Assembly: GCA_036396715.1 (NCBI GenBank)
Contig: DASWKH010000061.1
Span: 1 to 29,072 of the forward strand
Direction: 5' to 3'
DNA length: 29,072 nucleotides
Source: Candidatus Nitrosotenuis sp.
GTDB lineage: Archaea > Thermoproteota > Nitrososphaeria > Nitrososphaerales > Nitrosopumilaceae
In this document: positions 23,193-29,072 of the stretch, piece by piece
Layout of the letters: each line of letters starts with the position of its first letter
Numbering within the stretch: the first letter of the stretch is position 1
Made by a program: the position numbers and the translations under genes
The notes under the pieces: generated by a model
What the model saw: only the letters and a program-made list of their open reading frames with translations
Database searches by the model: none
What the model was told of the DNA's origin: nothing

Positions 23193-23996
23193 TCAAGATT
23201 GAGATTTAAGTCTTTGAGTTTTGCGCTCACGTCGCTCCAAAATTATCATGCCTGTCATGTATAGTCCGATCATTGGGCCTGCAATAAACCACATTGTAAC
23301 TCCACTCCCATCAGGTGTTACGGCTGCACCAATTACGACTAGAGCAACAATTGCATATCTGACGTTTCGCCTCCAAAATTTTACATCCGTCAGGCCAGAA
23401 ACGGTTGCAGCATACATGATTAGCGGAAGCTGAAACGCAACTCCAAAGGCAAGCAAAAACTGCAAAACAAACGTCACAAAATCAACCACATTAAGAAATG
23501 TGACAAGACCTGCTGATTCGCCATACTGATACAAAAAGTCCAACATGAATGGTATTACAACTAGATATGAGAAGATCAGCCCGCCAACAAATAATGCGAT
23601 TGCTGGTAGCGCAATTGAGCGGACCGCGTTTACTTCGTTTTCGGACAATGCGGGTTTGATAAACGATGTAAGCTCTCGTACAATTATTGGCATCGATGTG
23701 ACAATTCCGGCTAGTGCTGCAATGTAGACTTGGGCGTAAAATGCCTGACCTGGTGCTGTTTGTATGAGCTGCACGTCTGCTGGCACAAGGGTTGCCTTCA
23801 TGTGATTTGTTATCTGTGCTGCAATGTTGTGTAAAGGGTCTGGTGTCGGATAGTAAAGTGTAATTCCACTCAAAACAATCTGTTCTGCTCTGAATGTGAG
23901 GATGAAAACTACGATGATTCCTGCGGCAATTAGGATTCTTGTGGCCCTTGAGCGAAGCTCAGCTAAATGCGCATAGATTCCCTCAAACTCTGACAT
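23193..23996 (-). CDS. tatC: Twin-arginine translocase subunit TatC
   Basis: 267-aa six-TM ORF with the TatC N-terminal HL.ELR.R motif (AHLAELRSRATRILI). It lies directly upstream of tatA. A TATA-like tatttag (24021-24029, minus strand ctaaatag) lies about 24 nt upstream of the ATG. Confidence 0.9.
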   Translation of the reverse strand: MSEFEGIYAHLAELRSRATRILIAAGIIVVFILTFRAEQIVLSGITLYYPTPDPLHNIAAQITNHMKATLVPADVQLIQTAPGQAFYAQVYIAALAGIVTSMPIIVRELTSFIKPALSENEVNAVRSIALPAIALFVGGLIFSYLVVIPFMLDFLYQYGESAGLVTFLNVVDFVTFVLQFLLAFGVAFQLPLIMYAATVSGLTDVKFWRRNVRYAIVALVVIGAAVTPDGSGVTMWFIAGPMIGLYMTGMIILERRERKTQRLKSQS

Positions 23997-24043
23997 GTGT
24001 GATATTATGGCGTGAAACTCTATTTAGTTTGCGAAAATTGTGG

Positions 24044-24511
24044 CTAATTTTTGCCAGGAATTGGCAGCAATTTGGCATCTGCAAGGCCGGAATTTTTTCG
24101 TTCTTCCTCTGTAAGATTTTGGAACTCTATCGAAATTATGGCCTTTAGCTTGAATTTGGTCTCAAGATCCTTTGCAAGCAGGCCAATTTCTTTACCGCTA
24201 TAGATCTCCTTAGAGTCCACCAAAAACATGCGATCCCCTTTTTCTTTTTCAGTTCCCCCGAATCTGTCCTTGAGAAATTTGGTTACCTCGCCTACCTCGT
24301 TTTTTGTCACATTGTTGTGATAAAAAACAACTCCCTTAGTCGGCACGTAATCAATTGGAGTTCCGTTTCTGTACAAAAACACGCCAATAAAGATTGCCGC
24401 ATCATCCGGCTCTTTTATTCCCTTTATTTCCCAGTTTAGGACTTTGCTTTGCTCGTAATCTGCTTTTGAAATCTCATCAGATGTTATCTTCCAGTATCTA
24501 TGTCTAGTCAC
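24044..24511 (-). CDS. Hypothetical protein (155 aa, GTG start)
   Basis: Coding-like ORF. A TATA-like gaatttatatcc (24533-24544, minus strand) lies 22 nt upstream of GTG 24511. No recognised family. Confidence 0.5.
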   Translation of the reverse strand: MTRHRYWKITSDEISKADYEQSKVLNWEIKGIKEPDDAAIFIGVFLYRNGTPIDYVPTKGVVFYHNNVTKNEVGEVTKFLKDRFGGTEKEKGDRMFLVDSKEIYSGKEIGLLAKDLETKFKLKAIISIEFQNLTEEERKNSGLADAKLLPIPGKN

Positions 24512-24572
24512 TTCAGTCTTTGACTAAATACTGGATATAAATTCAATCCGATTTCATATTTTTCCTGTCGTA

Positions 24573-24582
24573 GAATATATTA
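24573..24582 (+). promoter_or_regulatory. TATA-like box (gaatatatta) 23 nt upstream of the purS ATG 24605
   Basis: The spacing favours ATG 24605 over the track's TTG 24599 as the purS start. Confidence 0.3.
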
Positions 24583-24604
24583 CACACCAAAATCAACTTT
24601 GGGC

Positions 24605-24865
24605 ATGCCACTTTTTGAAGTTCAAGTTACGATAGAAAACAAGCCTGGAATGAATGATCCCGAGGGCCAGACAATTCTAAACGACCTGGTACTAAAGGGA
24701 AGTTATTCATCGGTCAAAAAAATACGTTCAGCTAAGATGCTCAAATTCCAAGTAAATGCTGCAACAAAACAAGCTGCACAAAATACAGTCAAAAAACTAT
24801 GTGACGATCTTAGAATATACAATCCAATAGCAAGTAAGGTTACTTTTACGGCAACGTCAAGCTAG
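24605..24865 (+). CDS. purS: Phosphoribosylformylglycinamidine synthase subunit PurS
   Basis: ~86-aa ORF: MPLFEVQVTIENKPGMNDPEGQTILNDL, the typical PurS (V.V..K.GV.DP.G). It sits next to purQ/purL. Confidence 0.85.
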   Translation: MPLFEVQVTIENKPGMNDPEGQTILNDLVLKGSYSSVKKIRSAKMLKFQVNAATKQAAQNTVKKLCDDLRIYNPIASKVTFTATSS

Positions 24866-25350
24866 TCTTGGTCCCCAATCGATTTGACGGTCTCATCAAT
24901 TAGCAGCTTGCTTCTCAAATGTGCTGCAAGGTCTGTCTGTGTGATTACGCCTGCCAAGTTTTGGTTTTCTAGTACAACTAGTCTGCGAATGTGGTTGTTT
25001 AACATCTTTTGAACGGCGTCTTCGATTGTAGTTGTTGGTTCAACCCATCTGAACTTTGGGGACATTATTTCAGACACTTTGGTTTGCGAGGCGATCTTAT
25101 TGGCTGCTACCAATTTTCGCACAAAGTCAGCCTCGCTTACGACGCCAACTGGATTTTGCCCTTCAGTTACGACCAAAAAGCTGATGTCTTTTTCATGTAG
25201 TAGAGTAGCTGCTTCAAGACATGTCTTGTCTTTTGATATTGTGATTACGTGCTTGTTCATGATGTCTCTTACATATCCCATTATTGGTCTTGGTTTTTTT
25301 GCAGATAAAAAAGATTTGCCGCGCTTTGATTTAATAAAGACATTGCTCAA
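24862..25350 (-). CDS. CBS-domain pair protein
   Basis: 162-aa ORF with two CBS repeats (IMNKHVITISKDKTCLEAATLLHEKDISFLVVTE... and IMSPKFRWVEPTTTIEDAVQKMLNNHIRRLVVLE...). Confidence 0.8.
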   Translation of the reverse strand: MSNVFIKSKRGKSFLSAKKPRPIMGYVRDIMNKHVITISKDKTCLEAATLLHEKDISFLVVTEGQNPVGVVSEADFVRKLVAANKIASQTKVSEIMSPKFRWVEPTTTIEDAVQKMLNNHIRRLVVLENQNLAGVITQTDLAAHLRSKLLIDETVKSIGDQD

Positions 25351-25358
25351 CTTTACTT

Positions 25359-26039
25359 GTGAAGGTTGGCGTCATAGTATTTCCCGGTAGCAATTGCGAT
25401 CGAGACATGTTTCATGTCCTCCAAGATGTCTTCAAACTCGATGTCAAGTATTTTTGGCATGAGGATAGGCTACCAAAAAATTTGGATGCAGTTGTTCTGC
25501 CTGGAGGATTTTCTTATGGTGACAGATTACGTGCAGGTGTGATTGCGGCACACAGTCCGGTCATTTCTGATGTGAAAAGAATGGCCGACAAAGGAATGCC
25601 AATTCTTGGCGTCTGCAACGGATTTCAGATACTAGTAGAAGCGCAGCTTTTGCCAGGTGTCTTGCTTAGAAACACATCGTTGAACTTTATGTGCAGATGG
25701 ACTGAACTAATAGTGGAAAATAACAAGACACCATTTACAAACCAATTCAAGCTCAAGCAGAAAATCCCAATTCCTATTGCAAACGGTGAGGGACGATATT
25801 ATGTAGATAAAACAACACTGGCTCAGCTAAAGAAAAACAACCAAATCGTATTTCGTTATGGTGAAAACATAAACGATTCTGTCTTTGATATTGCCGGAAT
25901 CTGCAACAAGGAAGGGAACGTGGTTGGGATGATGCCTCACCCTGAGCGGGCAGTGGAAGCCGAGATAAACCCAAAAGACTCCAAACCCTCATCCCTGATT
26001 TTTGAGTCATTAATCACAACAGTTGGTGCAAAAAGATGA
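25359..26039 (+). CDS. purQ: Phosphoribosylformylglycinamidine synthase, glutamine amidotransferase subunit PurQ
   Basis: 226-aa ORF (GTG start): VGVIVFPGSNCDRD, catalytic GVCNGFQ, MMPHPER. Confidence 0.92.
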   Translation: MKVGVIVFPGSNCDRDMFHVLQDVFKLDVKYFWHEDRLPKNLDAVVLPGGFSYGDRLRAGVIAAHSPVISDVKRMADKGMPILGVCNGFQILVEAQLLPGVLLRNTSLNFMCRWTELIVENNKTPFTNQFKLKQKIPIPIANGEGRYYVDKTTLAQLKKNNQIVFRYGENINDSVFDIAGICNKEGNVVGMMPHPERAVEAEINPKDSKPSSLIFESLITTVGAKR

Positions 26040-28201
26040 GCCTGCAACCACAAGAGCTACAGTACCTATCAAAAAAAATCGGCCGTAAACCAAACGAAAC
26101 TGAAACGCATATTGTGGCAGCGGAATGGTCTGAACACTGTTCCTACAAATCATCAAAAAAACATCTTAAAATGCTTCCAACATCCGGGCCACGCGTAATT
26201 CATGAAAAAGGATTTGATTCTGGCGTCCTAGATGTTGGAGACGGATATGTTGTAACAGTACACATTGAAAGCCACAACCATCCGTCGGCAGTTGAGCCAT
26301 ACGGTGGGGCGGCAACTGGTGTGGGTGGTGTGATCCGCGACATTCTTTCTGCTGGGACACGACCAATTGCAATTTTAAACGGATTGCGTTTTGGAGATAT
26401 CGAAAAAGATTCTCATGCAAGGTGGCTTTTCAAAAATGCAGTTACTGGAATTGCTGACTATGGGAATTGTCTTGGCATTCCAACCGTTGGCGGAGAAGTA
26501 GAGTTTGACAAATGTTACACAAACTATGCGCTTGTAGATGTGGCATCAATTGGATTTGGAAAAAAAGAACAACTGATCAAAAACCACGCCCAAAAAGACG
26601 ACATCGTTGTATTGATTGGCGGCTCGACAGGCCGTGATGGGATTGGCGGCTCGCAGTTTGCATCCGACTCGCTAGAAATAGAGGATCGCTCTGCAGTGCA
26701 AATTCCAGATCCCTTTATTGAGAAATTAATAATTGAGGCAACACTTGAGGCACGAAATGAAGGGTGCATCAAGGCAATCAAGGACTTGGGTGGTGGGGGG
26801 CTATCATGTGCAATATCTGAAACGGCAGATGCATTGGGAATTGGAATCGAGCTTGATGTAAATCACGTTCATACAAGGGAGCCAAACATGAATCCGACCG
26901 AAATTATGACATCCGAATCACAGGAACGAATGCTCATCATTACCGACAGACAAAAGCTTGGCAAGCTAGAAAAAATCTGCAAAAAATTTCACGTAAGCTG
27001 CGCTGTAATTGGCAAGGTTACCGGCAACAAATTGATGAAGGTAACGACTAACAAGAAAGTTGTTGCTTCGATGCCCGCCGAAGTAGTGGCAAACGCACCG
27101 CTTCTTGATAGGCCATCAAAAGAGCCGGCATATTTAAAAGAGCTACAAAAAAGACAAGAACCAAAACCAGCCAAGGACTTGTCAAAAACCCTTCTAAAAC
27201 TGCTCTCAAGCCCAAACATTGCCTCCAAAATTTGGGTCTATGGCCAGTATGATCATGAGGTGGGAATCAGAACAGTAGTAAAACCAGGCTCTGATGCCGC
27301 GGTGCTGAGGCTAGATAACGGCAAGTACTTGGCAGCCAAAATCGATGGAAATCCAAAGCATTGTTATCTTGATCCAAAAAACGGCGCAATTGGATGCTTT
27401 GAGGAAGCGTGCAGAAACGTCGTATGTGTTGGCGCAACACCAATTGGAATGGTTGATCATCTCCAGTTTGGTAACCCGGAGGATCCGGAGATCTTTTGGA
27501 CATTTTTAGAATCTCTAAAGGGAATCACGGAATTTTCAAAGTTCACTAATGTTCCGTGTGTTGGCGGAAAGGTGAGCCTCTACAATGAAACTCCGCAGGG
27601 ACCGATAAAACCAACGCCGCTGATTGGCGTGTTGGGTCTAATTGAAAAAAAACCACTAAAGCCACAAACCCTAGAGACTGGTGACCTCTTGCTTATTGTT
27701 GGGAAAACAAAAGACGAGCTTGGGGGTTCTGAATATTATGAATACATCCATGATTTCATTGGTGGCAAATGTCCTGTTGTTGATTTTGAGGAATCAAACA
27801 AAAACATGAAAGCTGTCTTGCATTTGATTCAAAATGATAAGATAAAGGCGGCTCATGACTGCTCAAAAGGCGGGCTTGCCATTGCAATCTGCGAGCTTGC
27901 AGTGACAAGTAAAATTGGTTGCAATATTACACTGGAAAACATACCTCAGGAAAAATCAAATGTGAGCAAACTGTTGTTTTCTGAAAGTCATTCAAGATAC
28001 TTGTTGGTAATCAAAAAATCAAATATTGATGCAGTTGTCGATTATCTAAAAAAGAACAAAATAGCGTTTGGCCTGATCGGCAAATTTGAAGGAAGCGATA
28101 TCAATTTTTCAGAAAACAACAAGCCGGTTGCAAAACTAAGGGTTGATAAGGCACATGCCAAGTGGTTTAATTCACTGAGGGAACTGGTATTGCATGGTTA
28201 A
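26036..28201 (+). CDS. purL: Phosphoribosylformylglycinamidine synthase subunit PurL (FGAM synthase II)
   Basis: 721-aa ORF overlapping purQ by ATGA: EWSEHCSYKSSK, ESHNHPSAVEPYGGAATGVGG, TSESQERML. It has the duplicated AIR-synthase-like domain organisation. Confidence 0.95.
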   Translation: MSLQPQELQYLSKKIGRKPNETETHIVAAEWSEHCSYKSSKKHLKMLPTSGPRVIHEKGFDSGVLDVGDGYVVTVHIESHNHPSAVEPYGGAATGVGGVIRDILSAGTRPIAILNGLRFGDIEKDSHARWLFKNAVTGIADYGNCLGIPTVGGEVEFDKCYTNYALVDVASIGFGKKEQLIKNHAQKDDIVVLIGGSTGRDGIGGSQFASDSLEIEDRSAVQIPDPFIEKLIIEATLEARNEGCIKAIKDLGGGGLSCAISETADALGIGIELDVNHVHTREPNMNPTEIMTSESQERMLIITDRQKLGKLEKICKKFHVSCAVIGKVTGNKLMKVTTNKKVVASMPAEVVANAPLLDRPSKEPAYLKELQKRQEPKPAKDLSKTLLKLLSSPNIASKIWVYGQYDHEVGIRTVVKPGSDAAVLRLDNGKYLAAKIDGNPKHCYLDPKNGAIGCFEEACRNVVCVGATPIGMVDHLQFGNPEDPEIFWTFLESLKGITEFSKFTNVPCVGGKVSLYNETPQGPIKPTPLIGVLGLIEKKPLKPQTLETGDLLLIVGKTKDELGGSEYYEYIHDFIGGKCPVVDFEESNKNMKAVLHLIQNDKIKAAHDCSKGGLAIAICELAVTSKIGCNITLENIPQEKSNVSKLLFSESHSRYLLVIKKSNIDAVVDYLKKNKIAFGLIGKFEGSDINFSENNKPVAKLRVDKAHAKWFNSLRELVLHG

Positions 28202-29072
28202 GGAAAACTGCGGAGTTGTGGGGATTTTTAGTCGTGATGGCGTCAATGTAATTCCTATGGTCATTGATGCACTAAGGGCACTTCAGCACAGAGGCCAAGA
28301 AGCATGGGGAATTGCAATTCCTCAAAAACCACCACTCAAACGCCTAGGTTTGGTTTCTGCAGCATCTTCTGAACTTCAAAAAATTACCCAAGAATATGCA
28401 GCACCTGCAGCAATTGGCCATGTAAGATATTCGACTGTTGGAAAAAGCAACCTCGATAACGCACAACCACTCAAAGTAAAAGACCTCTGCATTGCACACA
28501 ATGGAACAATCGCAAACGTATCTGAACTTGCAAACTTGGTTGGGGGATGTACCTTTACCCCACAAAATGCAAGTGACACTCTGATTGCAGCACAAAGGTT
28601 AGTCTCGCTAATGTCCACTAACGGCAATCTTGGAAGTGCACTGTCAATTCTAAAAAATGAGATGGCTGGCTCGTACTGCTTTACGTTTGTTTCAGATGAC
28701 AACGCAGTCTATGCGGCACGTGATCCTAGGGGCTTTAGGCCAATGGTTCTTGGCTCAAAAGAAGAAGGGCAAGTAAGCGTTGTTGCGTCAGAATCATCTG
28801 CACTTACGGCAGTTGGAGCAAAGCTTACCCGTGATGTTTTACCGGGCGAACTCTTAAAGTTCAGCGACAAAGGAGTCGAGTCTGAAATGTTTTCTGAGGA
28901 AAAAAAACATGCGCACTGCTCATTTGAGTTCACATACTTTGCACACCCAACAAGCAAAATGGAAGGAACAAACATCTACGTTGCAAGAAAAAGAATCGGA
29001 CAATTCCTAGCTAAAAAGTTTCCAATAAAGGAAGCAGATTTGGTTATTCCAGTGCCTGACTCTGCAAGGCCT
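28194..29072 (+). CDS. purF: Amidophosphoribosyltransferase PurF, 3'-truncated by the window edge
   Basis: Not in the ORF track because it runs off the window. Hand translation from ATG 28194 gives MVKENCGVVGIFS...GHVRYSTVG...HNGTIAN...RDPRGFRPMVLG...VASESSAL...CSFEFTYFAHP...VIPVPDSA. It overlaps the purL stop by 8 nt. Confidence 0.92.
   Translation, partial: MVKENCGVVGIFSRDGVNVIPMVIDALRALQHRGQEAWGIAIPQKPPLKRLGLVSAASSELQKITQEYAAPAAIGHVRYSTVGKSNLDNAQPLKVKDLCIAHNGTIANVSELANLVGGCTFTPQNASDTLIAAQRLVSLMSTNGNLGSALSILKNEMAGSYCFTFVSDDNAVYAARDPRGFRPMVLGSKEEGQVSVVASESSALTAVGAKLTRDVLPGELLKFSDKGVESEMFSEEKKHAHCSFEFTYFAHPTSKMEGTNIYVARKRIGQFLAKKFPIKEADLVIPVPDSARP

Noticed and set aside
28344-28975. Minus-strand ORFs 28344..28595, 28376..28702 and 28709..28975 at the window end.
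   Set aside because: The plus strand here encodes an unmistakable PurF. That ORF is absent from the track only because it runs off the window without a stop.
1-29072. Search by eye for tRNA, rRNA, CRISPR repeats and GC-rich structured RNA islands in the intergenic regions.
   Set aside because: Nothing with tRNA-like GC-rich cloverleaf potential or repeat-spacer structure was seen. All long intergenic stretches are AT-rich. This is a visual screen, not a covariance-model scan, so small RNAs could be missed.

Overview
This is a compact chromosomal window of about 35 protein genes from an AT-rich archaeon. It is most likely an ammonia-oxidising thaumarchaeon (Nitrosopumilales-like). That placement is an inference from archaeal EF-2, purP, split purS/purQ/purL, TATA boxes about 22-25 nt upstream of start codons, and FN3-rich surface proteins.

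Housekeeping genes:
- aEF-2 (5' end cut by the window)
- msrA
- a SAM O-methyltransferase
- an NAD(P) aldehyde dehydrogenase
- purP
- ubiX followed by an SRPBCC gene
- tatC-tatA
- purS, an antisense CBS gene, then purQ-purL-purF (purF cut at its 3' end by the window)

Accessory content:
- An 8-kb block (2.2-10.3 kb) encodes mostly secreted or membrane-anchored proteins. It includes a 1081-aa protein with eight FN3 repeats, a matrixin-like metzincin, and a degenerate paralogue of that protease.
- A stand-alone IS200/IS605-type tnpB has an intact RuvC/zinc-finger signature.
- A PIN-like small-gene pair.
- A polytopic membrane protein with CC and CPTC motifs.
- A three-gene cluster led by a wHTH gene.

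The most interesting signal is a conserved C-terminal module of about 125 aa (GCLIATAAYGSE...ADWER.NPAFKE...ITPMLSTLS...TM helix plus basic tail). It is shared by two otherwise unrelated secreted proteins, the FN3 giant and an orphan PstS phosphate-binding protein, which suggests a dedicated surface-anchoring or sorting system. A second recurring oddity is that four of six convergent gene pairs overlap by exactly 4 nt at their stop codons. I recognised no rRNA, tRNA or CRISPR array by eye.
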